From: the human T2T-CHM13v2.0 reference genome, Homo sapiens
Reading direction: 5' to 3' (one strand)
DNA: 64,000 nt
Assembly (NCBI RefSeq): GCF_009914755.1
Contig: NC_060928.1
Part shown: positions 43,601-60,500 of the stretch, in pieces
Numbering within the stretch: position 1 is the first letter of the stretch
How the letters are laid out: every line of letters starts with the position of its first letter
Position numbers and translations under genes: made by a program
Notes under the pieces: model-generated
Seen by the model: only the letters and a program-made list of their open reading frames with translations
Told to the model about the DNA's origin: nothing
Database searches by the model: none

Positions 43601-46600
43601 CGTACTTTGATATTTTATGTAAAGCATGTAATACATAATTTGGGCAGTTTGATATTTTATGTACAGTATGTAATACACACTTTGGGTACTTTGATATTTT
43701 ATGTACAGTATGTAAAACATACTTTGGGTAGTTTGATATATTATGTACAGTATATAATGCATACTTTGGGTACTCTGATATTTTATGTACAGAGTATAAT
43801 ACGTACTTGGGGTACTTTGATATTTTATGTACAGTATATAATACATACATTGGGTACTTTGATATATTATGTACAGTATATAATACTTACTTGGGGTACT
43901 TTGATATTTTATGTACAGTATATAATACATACTTTGTGTACTTTGATATTTTATGTACAGTATATAATACATACTTTGGGTACTTTGATATTTTATGTAC
44001 AGTATATAATACATACTTTGGGTATCTTGATATTTTATGTACAGTATATAATGCATAATTTGGGTACTTTGATATTTTATGTACAGTATATAATGCATAC
44101 TTTGAGTACTTTGATATTTTATGTACAGTATGTAATACATACTTTGGGTACTTTGATATTTTATGTATAGTATATAATACATACTTTGTGTAGTTTGATA
44201 TTTTATGTACAGTATACAATATATAGTTTGAGTACTTTGATATTTTATGTCCAGTATAAAATGTATAGTTTTCCTAATTGATATTTTATGTACAGAATAT
44301 AGTTTGAGTACTTTGATATTTTATGTACACTTTATTATAAATGTTTGGGTACTTTCATATTTTATGTACAGTATATAATACATACTTTGGTCTCTTTGAT
44401 GTTTTATGTACAGTATATAATACATACTTTGGGTTCTTTGATATTTTATATGCAGAATATAATGCATAGTTTTAGGTACTTTTATATTTTATGTACAGTA
44501 TATAATACATACTTTGGGTACTTTTTTATTTTATGTACAGTATATAATACATACTTTGGGAACTTTGATATTTTATGTACAGTATGTAATACATACTTTG
44601 GGTACTTTGATATTTTATGTACAGTATACAATATATAGTTTGAGTACTTTGATATTTTATGTCCAGTATAAAATACATAGATTTCATACTTTGATATTTT
44701 ATGTACAGAATATAGTTTGACTACTTTGATATTTTATGTACACTTTATCATAAAAGTTTGGGTACTTTCATATTTTACGTACAGTATATAATACATACTT
44801 TGGGCACTTTGATGTTTTATGTACAGTATATAATACATACTTTGGGTTCTTTGATATGTTATGTACAGCATATAATACATAATTTGGGGACTTTTATATT
44901 TTATGTACATTATATAATACATACTTTGGGTACTTTTATATTTTATGTACGGTATATAATATATACTTTGGGTACTTTGATATATTATGTACAGTATATA
45001 ATACATACTTTGGGTACTTTGATATATTATGTACAGTATATAATACATACTTAGGGTACTTTGACATTTTATGTACAGTACATAATACATACTTTGGGTA
45101 CTTTGATATTTTATGTACAGTATATAATACATACTTTGGGTACTTTGATATTTTATGTACAGTATATAATACATGTTTTGGGTACTTTTATATTTTATGT
45201 ACAGTAAATAATATATAGTTTGGGTACTTTGATATTTTATGTACGGTATATAATACATACTTTGGGTACTTTGATATTTTATGTTCAGTATATAATACAT
45301 ACTTTGGGTACTTTGATATTTTATGTACAGTATATAATACATACTTTGGGTACTTTGATATTTAATGTACAGTATATAATACACACTTTGCGTACTTTGA
45401 TATTTTATGTAAAGTATGTAATACACACTTTGGGTACTTTGATATTTTATGTAGAGTATGTAAAACATACTTTGGGTAGTTTGGTATTTTATGATCAGTA
45501 TATAATACATATGTTGGGTACTTTGATATTTTATGTACAGTATATAATACATACTTTGGGTACTTTGATATTTTATGTACAGTATATAATGCATAATTTG
45601 GGTACTTCAATAGTTTATGCACAGTATATAATACATACTTTGGGTAATTTGATATTTTATGTACAGTATATAATGCATACTTTGGGTACTTTGATAGTTT
45701 ATGTACAGTATACAATACATACTTTGGGTACTTTGATATTTTATGTACAGTATATAATATGTAGTTTGGGTACTTTGATATTTTAACTACAGTATATAAT
45801 ACATACTTTGGGTACTTGGATATTTTATCTACAGTATATAATAGATACTTTGGGTACTTTGATATATTATGTACAGTATATAATACATAGTTTGGTTACT
45901 TTGATATTTTTTGTACAGTATGTAAAACATACTTTGGGGAGTTTGATATTTTATGAACAGTATATAATACACATTTTGGGTACTTTGATATTTTATGTAC
46001 GGTATATAATACATACTTTGGGTACTTTGATATTTTATGTACAGTATATAATTCATACTTTGGGTACTTTGATATTTTATGTACAGTATATAATACATAC
46101 ATTGGGTACTTCGATATTTTATGTGCAGTACCCTATATATAGTTTGGGTACTTTGATATTTTATGTCCAGTATAAAATAAATAGTTTTGGTACTTTGATA
46201 TTTTATATACAGTATATAGTTTGAGTACTTTGATATTTAATGTTCAGTTTATTATAAATGTTTGGGTGCTTTCATATTTTATATACAGTATATAATACAT
46301 ACTTTGGGCACTTTGATATTTTCTGTACAGTATATAATACATACTTTGGGTACTTTGATATTTTATGTACGGTATATAATACATACATTGGGTACTTTGA
46401 TATTTTATGTACAGTATATAATATATAGTTTGGTTACTTTGATATTTTATAGACAGTATATAATATATATTATGTGTACTTTGATATATTATGTACAGTA
46501 TATAATATATAGTATGGGTTGTTTGATATTTTATGTACAGTATATAATATATAGTTTGGGTAGTTTGATATTTTTAGTATAGTATGTAATATATAGTTTG

Positions 46601-49600
46601 TTTTATTTGATATTTTATGTACAGTATCCAATATATAGTATTGGTACTTTGATATTTCATGTAAAGTATATAGTTTGAGTACTTTGATATTTTATATGCA
46701 GTTTATTATAAATGTTTGGGTACCTTCATATTTTATGTACAGTATATAATACATACTTTGGGAACTTTTATTTTATGTGCAGTATATAATACATACTTTG
46801 GGTACTTTGATATTTCATGTACAGTATATAATACACACTTTGGGTACTTTGATATTTTATGTACAGTATATAATACACACTTTGGGTACTTTGATATTTT
46901 ATGTACAGTATATAATACATACTTTGGGTACTTTGATGTATTATGTACAGTATATAATACATACTTTGGGTACTTTGATATTTTATGTACAGTATATAAT
47001 ACATACTTTGGGTAGTTTGATATTTTATGTACAGTATGTAATACACACTTTGGGTACTTTGATATTTTATTTACAGTATGTAAAACATACTTTGGGTAGT
47101 TTGGTATATTATGTACAGTATATAATACATACTTTGGGTACTCTGATATTTTATGTACAGTGTATAATACATACTTTGGGTACTTTGATATTTTATGTAC
47201 AGTATATAATACATACTTTGGGTACTTTGATATTTTATGTACAGTATATAATACTTACTTGGGGTATCTTGATATTTTATGTACAGTATATAATGCATAC
47301 TTTGGGTACTTTGATATTTTATGTACAGTATATAATGCATACTTTGAGTACTTTGATATTTTATGTACAGTATGTAATACATACTTTGGGTACTTTGATA
47401 TTTTATGTATAGTATATAATACATACATTGTGTAGTTTGATATTTTATGTACAGTATACAATATATAGTTTGAGTACTTTGATATTTTATGTCCAGTATA
47501 AAATATATAGTTTTCCTAATTGATATTTTATGTACAGAATATAGTTTGAGTACTTTGATATTTTATGTACACTTTATTATAAATGTTTGGGTACTTTCAT
47601 ATTTTATGTACAGTATATAATACATACTTTGGTCTCTTTGATGTTTTATGTACAGTATATAATACATACTTTGTGTTCTTTGATATTTTATGTGCAGAAT
47701 ATAATGCATAGTTTTAGGTACTTTTATATTTTATGTACAGTATATAATACATACTTTGGGTACTTTGATATTTTATGTACAGTATATAATACATACTTTG
47801 GGTACTTTGATATTTTATGTACAGTATATAATACATATTATTGGTACTTTGATATTTTATGTACAGTATACAATATATAGTTTGAGTACTTTGATATTTT
47901 ATGTCCAGTATAAAATACATAGATTTCATACTTTGATATTTTATGTTCAGAATATAGTTTGAGTACTTTGATATTTTATGTACACTTTATCATAAAAGTT
48001 TGGGTACTTTCATATTTTACGTACAGTATATAATACATACTTTGGGCACTTTGATGTTTTATGTACAGTATATAATACATACTTTGGGTTCTTTGATATG
48101 TTATGTACAGCATATAGTACATAATTTGGGGACTTTTATATTTTATGTACATTATATAATACATACTTTGGGTACTTTTATATTTTATGTACGGTATATA
48201 ATACATACTTTGGGTACTTTGATATATTATGTACAGTATATAATACATACTTTGGGTACTTTGATATATTATGTACAGTATATAATACATACTTAGGGTA
48301 CTTTGACATTTTATGTACAGTACATAATACATACTTTGGGTACTTTGATATTTTATGTACAGTATATAATACATACTTTGGGTACTTCGATATTTTATGT
48401 ACAGTATATAATACATGTTTTGGGTACTTTTACATTTTATGTACAGTATATAATATATAGTTTGGGTAATTTGATATTTTATGTACGGTATATAATACAT
48501 ACTTTGGGTACTTTGATATTTTATGTACAGTATATAATACATACTTTGGGTACTTTGATAATTTATGTACAGTATATAATACATACTTTGGGTACTTTGA
48601 TATTTAATGTACAGTATATAATACACACTTTGCGTACTTTGATATTTTATGTAAAGTATGTAATACATACTTTGGGTACTTTGATATTTTATGTACAGTA
48701 TGTAATACACGCTTTTGGTACTTTGATATTTTATGTAGAGTATGTAAAACATACTTTGGGTAGTTTGGTATTTTATGATCAGTATATAATACATATTTTG
48801 GGTACTTTGATATTTTATGTACAGTATATAATACATACTTTGGGTACTTTGATATTTTATGTACAGTATATAATGCATAATTTGGGTACTTCAATAGTTT
48901 ATGCACAGTATATAATACATACTTTGGGTAATTTGATATTTTATGTACAGTATATAATGCATACTTGGGTACTTTGATAGTTTATGTACAGTATACAATA
49001 CATACTTTGGGTACTTTGATATTTTATGTACAGTATATAATATGTAGTTTGGGTACTTTGATATTTTAACTACAGTATATAATACATACTTTGGGTACTT
49101 TGATATTTTATCTACAGTATATAATAGATACTTTGGGTACTTTGATATATTATGTACAGTATATAATACATAGTTTGGTTACTTTGATATTTTTTGTACA
49201 GTATGTAAAACATACTTTGGGGAGTTTGATATTTTATGAACAGTATATAATACACATTTTGGGTACTTTGATATTTTATGTACGGTATATAATACATACT
49301 TTGGGTACTTTGATATTTTATGTACAGTATATAATTCATACTTTGGGTACTTTGATATTTTATGTACAGTATATAATACATACATTGGGTACTTCGATAT
49401 TTTATGTGCAGTACCCTATATATAGTTTGGGTACTTTGATATTTTATGTCCAGTATAAAATAAATAGTTTTGGTACTTTGATATTTTATGTACAGTATAT
49501 AGTTTGAGTACTTTGATATTTAATATTCAGTTTATTATAAATGTTTGGGTGCTTTCATATTTTATATACAGTATATAATACATACTTTGGGCACTTTGAT

Positions 49601-50700
49601 ATTTTCTGTACAGTATATAATACATACTTTGGGTACTTTGATATTTTATGTATGGTATATAATACATACATTGGGTACTTTGATATTTTATGTAAAGTAT
49701 ATAATATATAGTTTGGTTACTTTGATATTTTATATACAGTATATAATATATATTATGTGTACTTTGATATATTATGTACAGTATATAATATATAGTATGG
49801 GTTGTTTGATATTTTATGTACAGTATATAATATATAGTTTGGGTAGTTTGATATTTTTAGTACAGTATGTAATATATAGTTTGTTTTATTTGATATTTTA
49901 TGTACAGTATACAATATATAGTGTTGGTACTTTGATATTTCATGTAAAGTATATAGTTTGAGTACTTTGATATTTTATATGCAGTTTATTATAAATGTTT
50001 GGGTACCTTCATATTTTATGTACAGTATATAATACATACTTTGGGAACTTTTATTTTATGTGCAGTATATAATACATACTTTGGGTACTTTGATATTTCA
50101 TGTACAGTATATAATACACACTTTGGGTACTTTGATATTTTATGTACAGTATATAATACACACTTTGGGTAGTTTGATATTTTATGTACAGTATATAATA
50201 CATACTTTGGGTACTTTGATGTATTATGTACAGTATATAATACATACTTTGGATACTTTGATATTTTATGTACAGTATATAATACATACTTTGGGTACTT
50301 TGATATTTTATGTACAGTATGTAATACACACTTTGGGTACTTTGATATTTTATGTACAGTATGTAAAACATACTTTGGGTAGTTTGATATATTATGTACA
50401 GTATATAATACATACTTTGGGTACTCTGATATTTTATGTACAGTGTATAATACATACTTTGGGTACTTTGATATTTTATGCACAGTATATAATACATACA
50501 TTGGGTACTTTGATATATTATGTACAGTATATAATACTTACTTGGGGTATCTTGATATTTTATGTACAGTATATAATGCATACTTTGGGTACTTTGATAT
50601 TTTATTTACAGTATATAATGCATACTTTGAGTACTTTGATATTTTATGTACAGTATGTAATACATACTTTGGGTACTTTGATATTTTATGTATAGTATAT
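40700..50700 (+). repeat. Three imperfect consecutive repeats with a period of about 3.2-3.3 kb
   Basis: Unit heads fall at 41135/44345/47587 and 41548/44758/48000 (+3210, +3242), and at 46262/49545 and 46716/49999 (+3283). Confidence 0.75.
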
Positions 50701-50794
50701 AATACATACTAAGGGTACTTTGACATTTTATGTACAGTACATAATACATACTTTGGGTACTTTGATATTTTATGTACAGTATATAATGCATACT

Positions 50795-52290
50795 TTGGAT
50801 ACTTTGATATTTTATGTACAGTATATAATACATACTTTGGGTACTTTTATATTTTATGTACAGTATATAATATATAGTTTGGGTACTTTGATATTTTATG
50901 TACGGTATATAATACATACTTTGGGTACTTTGATATTTTATGTACAGTATATAATACATACTTTGGGTACTCTGATATTTTATGTACAGTATACAATATA
51001 TAGTTTGAATACTTTGATATTTTATGTACTGTATAAAATATATAGTTTTCGTACTTTGATATTTTATGTACAATATATAATTTGAGTACTTTGATATTTT
51101 ATGTACAGTTTTTTATAAATGTTTGGGTGCTTTCATATTTTATGTACAGTAAATAATACATAGAAAGGGCACTTTGATATTTTATGTACAGTATATAATA
51201 CATACTTTGGGTACTCTGATATTTTATGTACAGTGTATAATACATACTTTGGGTACTTTGATATTTTATGTACAATATATAATACATACGTTGGGAACTT
51301 TGATATATTATGTACAGTATATAATACATACTTTGGGTACTTTGATATTTTATCTACAGTATACAACACATAGTTTGTGTACTTTGATATTTTAGGTACA
51401 GTATATAATACATACTTTGGGTACTTTGATATTTTATGTACAGTATATAATACATACATTGGGTACTTTCATATTTTATGTACAGTATATAATATATAGT
51501 TTGGTTACTTTGATATTTTATCTACAGCTTATAATACATACTTTGGATACTTTGATATTTTATGTACAGTATATAATACATACTTTGGGTACTTTTATAT
51601 TTTATGTACAGTATATAATATATAGTTTGGGTACTTTGATATTTTATGTACGGTATATAATACATACTTTGGGTACTTTGATATTTTATGTACAGTATAT
51701 AATATATACTTTGGGTACTCTGATATTTTATGTACAGTATAAAATATATAGTTTGAGTACTTTGATATTTTATGTACTGTATAAAATATATAGTTTTCGT
51801 ACTTTGATATTTTATGTACAGTATATAGTTTGAGTACTTTGATATTTTATGTACCGTTTTTTATAAATGTTTGGGTGCTTTCATATTTTATGTACAGTAT
51901 ATAATACATAAAAAGGGCACTTTGATATTTTATGTACAGTATATAATACATACTTTGGGTACTCTGATATTTTATGTACAGTGTATAATACATACTTTGG
52001 GTACTTTGATATTTTATGTACAATATATAATACATACGTTGGGAACTTTGATATATTATGTACAGTATATAATACATACTTTGGGTACTTTGATATTTTA
52101 TCTACAGTATACAACACATAGTTTGTGTACTTTGATATTTTATGTACAGTATATAATACATACTTTGGGTACTTTGATATTTTATGTACAGTATATAATA
52201 CATACTTTGGGTACTTTCATATTTTATGTACAGTATATAATGCATAGTTTGGTTACTTTGATATTTTATCTACAGCTTATAATACATACT
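50795..52290 (+). repeat. Tandem duplication of 748 bp (18 monomers minus 8 bp)
   Basis: The variant monomer start ttggata occurs at 50795, 51543 and 52291. Unit heads are at 51123/51871, and both copies carry the unusual aaagggcac head. Confidence 0.8.
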
Positions 52291-52911
52291 TTGGATAGTT
52301 TGATACTTTATGTACAGTATATAATACATACTTTGGGTACTTTGATATTTTATGTACAGTATACAATATATAGTTTGAGTACTTTGATATTTTATGTGCA
52401 GTATAAAATATATAGTTTTGGTACTTTCATATTTTATGTACAGTATATAGTTTGAGTACTTTGATATTTTATGTACAGTTTTTTATAAATGTTTGGGTGC
52501 TTTCATATTTTATGTACAGTATATAATACATACTAAGGGCACTTTGATATTTTATGTACAGTATATAATACATACCTTGGGTACTTTGATATTTTATGTA
52601 CAGTATATAATACATAGTTTGGGTATTTTGATACTTTATGTACAGTATATAATACATACTTTGGGTACTTTGATATTTTATGTACAGTATATAATACATA
52701 CTTTTTGAACTTTGATATTTTATGTACAGTATGTAGAACATACTTTGGGTACTTTGATATTTTATGTACAGGATATAATGCATACTTTGGGTACTTTGAT
52801 AGTTTATGTACAGTATATAATACATACTTTGGGTACTTTGATATTTTATGTATAGTATAAAATATATAGTTTGGGTACTTTGATATTTTATGTACAGTTT
52901 ATTATAAATGT

Positions 52912-54520
52912 TTGGATACTTTCATATTTTATGTACAGTATTTAATACATACTTTGGGCACTTTGATATTTTATGTACAGTATACAATACATACTTTGGG
53001 TACTTTGATATTTTATTTACAGTATATAATACATAATTTGGGTACTTTGATATTTTATTTACAGTATATAATGCATACTTTGGGTACTTTGATGTTTTAT
53101 GTACAGTATATAATACATACTTAGCGTACTTTGACATTTTATGTGCAGTACATAATACATACTTTGGATACTTTGTTATTTTAAATACAGTATGTAATAC
53201 ATATTTTGGGTACTTTGATATTTTATGTACAGTATATAATACATACTTTGGTACTTTTATATTTCATGTACAGTATATAATATATAGTTTGAGTACTTTG
53301 ATATTTTATGTACAGTATATAATACATAGTTTGGGTATTTTGATATTTTATGTACAGTATATAATACATACTTTGGGTACTTTGATATTTTATGTACAGT
53401 ATATAATATATAGTTTGGGTACTTTGATAATTTATGTGCAGTATATAACACATACTTTCGGTAGTTGGATATTTTATGTACAGTATATAATACATACTTT
53501 GGGTACTTCGATATTTGATGTACAGTATACTATATATAGTTTGGGTACTTTGATATTTTATGTCGGGTACAAAATAAATAGTTTTGGTACTTAGATATTT
53601 TATGTACAGTATATAGTTTGAGTACTTTGATATTTTATGTACAGTTTATTATTAATGGGTGCTTTCATATTTTATGTACAGTATATAATACATACTATGG
53701 GCACTTTGATATTTTATGTACAGTATATAATACATAATTTGGGTACTTTGATATTTTATATACACTACATAATACATACTTTGGGTACTTTGATATTTTA
53801 TGTACAGTACATAATATATAGTTTGGGTACTTTGATATTGTATGTGCAGTATATAACACATACTTTCGGTACTTGGATATTTTATGTACAGTATACAATA
53901 CATAATTTGGGTACTTCCATATTTTATGTACAGTATGCTATATATACTTTGGGTACTTTGATATTTTATGTCCAGTATAAAATAAAAAGTTTTGGTAATT
54001 CGATATTTTATGTACAGTGTATCGTTTGAGTACTTTGATATTTAATGTACAGTTTATTATAAATGTTCAGGTGCTTTCATATTTTATGTACAGTATATAA
54101 TACATACTTTGAGCACTTTGATATTTTATGTACAGTATATAATACATACTTTGGGTAATTTGATATTTTATGTACAGTATATAATACATACATTGGGTAC
54201 TTTGATATTTTATGTACAGTATATAATATATAGTTAGGGTACTTTGATATTTTATATACAGTATATAATATATATTATGTGTACTTTGATATATTATGTA
54301 CAGTATATAATATATAGTTTGGGTAATTTGATATTTTATGTACAGTATACAATATATAGTATTGGTACTTTGATATTTCATGTAAAGTATATAGTTTGAG
54401 TACTTTGATATTTTATATACAGTTTATTATAAATGTTTAGGTACCTTCCTATTTTATGTAGAGTATATAATACATACTTTGGGAACTTTTATTTTATGTG
54501 CAGTATATAATACATACTTT
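52912..54520 (+). repeat. Third copy of the divergent 743/412/370-bp unit cassette also found at 19116-20720 and 25285-26850
   Basis: The copies share rare strings: ttggatactttc, ttttaaatacag, ttcggtagttgg, gtcgggta, cttccat, aaataaaaag, gtgtatcgtttgag and agttaggg. Confidence 0.85.
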
Positions 54521-57500
54521 GGGTACTTTGATATTTTATGTACAGTATATAATATATACTTTGGGTACTTTGATATTTTATGTACAGTATATAATACATA
54601 CTTTGGGTACTTTGATATTTTATAAACAGTATATAATACATAGTTTGGGTACTTTGATATTTTATGTACTGTATATAATACATACTTTGGGTACTTTTAT
54701 ATTTTATGTACAGTATATAATATATAGTTTGGGTACTTTGATATTTTATGTACGGTATATAATACATACTTTGGGTACTTTGATATTTTATGTATAGTAT
54801 ATAATACATACTAAGCGCACTTTGATATTTTATGTACAGTATATAATACATACTTTGGTTACTCTGATATTTTATGTACAGTGTATAATACATACTTTGG
54901 GTACTTTGATATTTTATGTATAGTATATAGTTTGAGTACTTTGATATTTTATGTACAGTTTTTTATAAATATTTTGGTGCTTTCATATTTTATGTACAGT
55001 ATATAATACATACTAAGCGCACTTTGATATTTTATGTACAGTATATAATACATACTTTGGTTACTCTGATATTTTATGTACAGTGTATAATACATACTTT
55101 GGGTACTTTGATATTTTATGTACAATATATAATACATACGTTGAGGACTTTGATATATTATGTACATTATATAATTCATACTTTGGGTACTTTGATATTT
55201 TATGTACAGTATATAATACATAGTTTGTGTACTTTGATATTTTATGTACAGTATATAATACATACTTTGGGTACTTTGATATTTTATATACAGTATATAA
55301 TACATACTTTGGGTACTTTCATATTTTATGTACAGTATATTATATATAGTTTGGGTACTTTGATATTTTATCTACAGCTTATAATACATACTTTGGGTAC
55401 TTTGATATTTTATGTACAGTATATAATACATACTTTGGGTAGTTTGATATTTTATGTACAGTATACAATATATAGTTTGAGTACTTTGATATTTTATGTG
55501 CAGTATAAAATATATAGTTTTGGTACTTTGAAATTTTATGTACAGTTTATAGTTTGAGTACTTTGATATTTTATGTACAGTTTATTATAAATGTTTGGGT
55601 ACTTTCATATTTGATGTACAGTATATAATACATAATTTGGGCACTTTGATATTTTATGTACAGTATATAATACATACTTTGGGTACTTTTCTATTTTATG
55701 TACAGTATATAATACATACTTTGTTTACTTTGATATTTAATGTACAGTATATAATACACACTTTGCGTACTTTGATATTTTATGTAAAGCATGTAATACA
55801 TAATTTGGGCAGTTTGATATTTTATGTACAGTATGTAATACACACTTTGGGTACTTTGATATTTTATGTACAGTATGTAAAACATACTTTGGGTAGTTTG
55901 ATATATTATGTACAGTATATAATGCAAACTTTGTGTACTCTGATATTTTATGTACAGTGTATAATACGTACTTTGGGTACTTTGATATTTTATGTACAGT
56001 ATATAATACATACATTGGGTACTTTGATATATTATGTACAGTATATAATACTTACTTGGGGTACTTTGATATTTTATGTACAGTATATAATACATACTTT
56101 GTGTACTTTGATATTTTATGTATAGTATATAATGCATACTTTGGGTACTTTGATATTTTATGTACAGTATATAATGCATACTTTGGGTACTTTGATATTT
56201 TATGTACAGTATGTAATACATACTTTGGGTACTTTGATATTTTATGTATAGTATATAATACATACTTTGTGTAGTTTGATATTTTATGTACAGTATACAA
56301 TATATAGTTTGAGTACTTTGATATTTTATGTCCAGTATAAAATATATAGTTTTCCTAATTGATATTTTATGTACAGAATATAGTTTGAGTACTTTGATAT
56401 TTTATGTACACTTTATTATAAATGTTTGGGTACTTTCACATTTTATGTACAGTATATAATACATACGTTGGTCTCTTTGATGTTTTATGTACAGTATATA
56501 ATACATACTTTGGGTTCTTTGATATTTTATGTGCAGAATATAATGCATAGTTTTAGGTACTTTTATATTTTATGTACAGTATATAATACATACTTTGGGT
56601 ACTTTGATATTTTATGTACAGTATATAATACATACTTTGGGTACTTTGATATTTTATGTACAGTATATAATACATATTATTGGTACTTTGATATTTTATG
56701 TACAGTATACAATATATAGTTTGAGTACTTTGATATTTTATGTCCAGTATAAAATACATAGATTTCATACTTTGATATTTTATGTACAGAATATAGTTTG
56801 AGTACTTTGATATTTTATGTACACTTTATCATAAAAGTTTGGGTACTTTCATATTTTACGTACAGTATATAATACATACTTTGGGCACTTTGATGTTTTA
56901 TGTACAGTATATAATACATACTTTGGGTTCTTTGATATGTTATGTACAGCATATAATACATAATTTGGGGACTTTTATATTTTATGTACATTATATTATA
57001 CATACTTTGGGTACTTTTATATTTTATGTACGGTATATAATACACACTTTGGGTACTTTGATATATTATGTACAGTATATAATACATACTTTGGGTACTT
57101 TGATATATTATGTACAGTATATAATACATAATAAGGGTACTTTGACATTTTATGTACAGTACATAATACATACTTTCGGTACTTTGATATTTTATGTACA
57201 GTATATAATGCATACTTTGGATACTTTGATATTTTATGTACAGTATATAATACATACTTTGGGTACTTTTATATTTTATGTACAGTATATAATATATAGT
57301 TTGGGTACTTTGATATTTTATGTACGGTATATAATACATACTTTGGGTACTTTGATATTTTATATACAGTATATAATACATACTTTGGGTACTCTGATAT
57401 TTTATGTACAGTATACAATATATAGTTTGAATACTTTGATATTTTATGTACTGTATAAAATATATAGTTTTCGTACTTTGATATTTTATGTACAATATAT

Positions 57501-60500
57501 AGTTTGAGTACTTTGATATTTTATGTACAGTTTTTTATAAATGTTTGGGTGCTTTCATATTTTATGTACAGTATATAATACATACAAAGGGCACTTTGAT
57601 ATTTTATGTACAGTATATAATACATACTTTGGGTACTCTGATATTTTATGTACAGTGTATAATACATACTTTGGGTACTTTGATATTTTATGTACAATAT
57701 ATAATACATACGTTGGGAACTTTGATATATTATGTACAGTATATAATACATACTTTGGGTACTTTGATATTTTATCTACAGTATACAACACATAGTTTGT
57801 GTACTTTGATATTTTATGTACAGTATATAATACATACTTTAGGTACTTTGATATTTTATGTACAGTATATAATACATACTTTGGGTACTTTCATATTTTA
57901 TGTACAGTATATAATATATAGTTTGGGTACTTTGATATTTTATCTACAGCTTATAATACATACTTTGGGTACTTTGATACTTTATGTACAGTACATAATA
58001 CATACTTTGGGTACTTTGATATTTTATGTACAGTATACAATATATAGTTTGAGTACTTTGATATTTTATGTGCAGTATAAAATATATAGTTTTGGTACTT
58101 TGATATTTTATGTACAGTTTATAGTTTGAGTACTTTGATATTTTATGTACAGTTTATTATAAATGTTTGGGTACTTTCATATTTGATGTACAGCATATAA
58201 TACATAATTTGGGCACTTTGATATTTTATGTACAGTATATAATACATACTTTGGGTACTTTTATATTTTATGTACAGTATATAATACATACTTTGGGTAC
58301 TTTGATATTTAATGTACAGTATATAATACACACTTTGCGTACTTTGATATTTTATGTAAAGCATGTAATACATACTTTGGGCAGTTTGATATTTTATGTA
58401 CAGTATGTAATACACAATTTGGGTACTTTGATATTTTATGTACAGTATGTAAAACATACTTTGGGTAGTTTGATATATTATGTACAGTATATAATACATA
58501 CTTTGGGTACTCTGATATTTTATGTACAGTGTATAATACATACCTTGGGTACTTTGATATTTTATGTACAGTATATAATACATACATTGGGTACTTTGAT
58601 ATATTATGTACAGTATATAATACTTACTTGGGGTACTTTGATATTTTATGTACAGTATATAATACATACTTTGTGTACTTTGATATTTTATGTACAGTAT
58701 GTAACACATACTTTGGGTACTTTTATATTTTATGTACAGTATATAATACATACTTTGGGTATCTTGATGTTTTATGTACAGTATATAATGCATACTTTGA
58801 GTACTTTGATATTTTATGTACAGTATGTAATACATACTTTGGGTACTTTGATATTTTATGTATAGTATATAATACATACTTTGTGTAGTTTGATATTTTA
58901 TGTACAGTATACAATATATAGTTTGAGTACTTTGATATTTTATGTCCAGTATAAAATATATAGTTTTCCTAATTGATATTTTATGTACAGAATATAGTTT
59001 GAGTACTTTGATATTTTATGTACACTTTATTATAAATGTTTGGGTACTTTCATATTCTATGTACAGTATATAATACATACTTTGGTCTCTTTGATGTTTT
59101 ATGTACAGTATATAATACATACTTTGGGTTCTTTGATATTTTATGTGCAGAATATAATGCATAGTTTTAGGTACTTTTATATTTATGTACAGTATATAAT
59201 ACATACTTTGGATACTTTGATATTTTATGTACAGTATATAATACATACTTTGGGAACTTTGATATTTTATGTACAGTATGTAATACATACTTTGGGTACT
59301 TTGATATTTTATGTACAGTATATAATACATATTATTGGTACTTTGATATTTTATGTACAGTATACAATATATAGTTTGAGTACTTTGATATTTTATGTCC
59401 AGTATAAAATACATAGATTTCATACTTTGATATTTTATGTACAGAATATAGTTTGAGTACTTTGATATTTTATGTACACTTTATCATAAAAGTTTGGGTA
59501 CTTTCATATTTTACGTACAGTATATAATACATACTTTGGGCACTTTGATGTTTTATGTACAGTATATAATACATACTTTGGGTTCTTTGACATGTTATGT
59601 ACAGCATATAGTACATAATTTGGGGACTTTTATATTTTATGTACATTATATAATACATACTTTGGGTACTTTTATATTTTATATACGGTATATAATACAT
59701 ACTTTGGGTACTTTGATATATTATGTACAGTATATAATACATACTTTGGGTACTTTGATATATTATGTACAGTATATAATACATAGTTAGGGTACTTTGA
59801 CATTTTATGTACAGTACATAATACATACTTTGGGTACTTTGATATTTTATGTACAGTATATAATACATACTTTGGGTACTTTGATATTTTATGTACAGTA
59901 TATAATACATGTTTTGGGTACTTTTACATTTTATGTACAGTATAAAATATATAGTTTGGGTACTTTGATATTTTATGTACGGTATATAATACATACTTTG
60001 GGTACTTTGATATTTTATGTACAGTATATAATACATACTTTGGGTACTTTGATATTTTATGTACAGTATATAATACATACTTTGGGTACTTTGATATTTA
60101 ATGTACAGTATATAATACACACTTTGCGTACTTTGATATTTTATGTAAAGTATGTAATACATACTTTGGGTACTTTGATATTTTATGTACAGTATGTAAT
60201 ACACGCTTTGGGTACTTTGATATTTTATGTAGAGTATGTAAAACATACTTTGGGTAGTTTGGTATTTTATGATCAGTATATAATACATATTTTGGGTACT
60301 TTGATATTTTATGTACAGTATATAATACATACTTTGGGTACTTTGATATTTTATGTACAGTATATAATGCATAATTTGGGTACTTCAATAGTTTATGCAC
60401 AGTATATAATACATACTTTGGGTAATTTGATATTTTATGTACAGTATATAATGCATACTTTGGGTACTTTGATAGTTTATGTACAGTATACAATACATAC

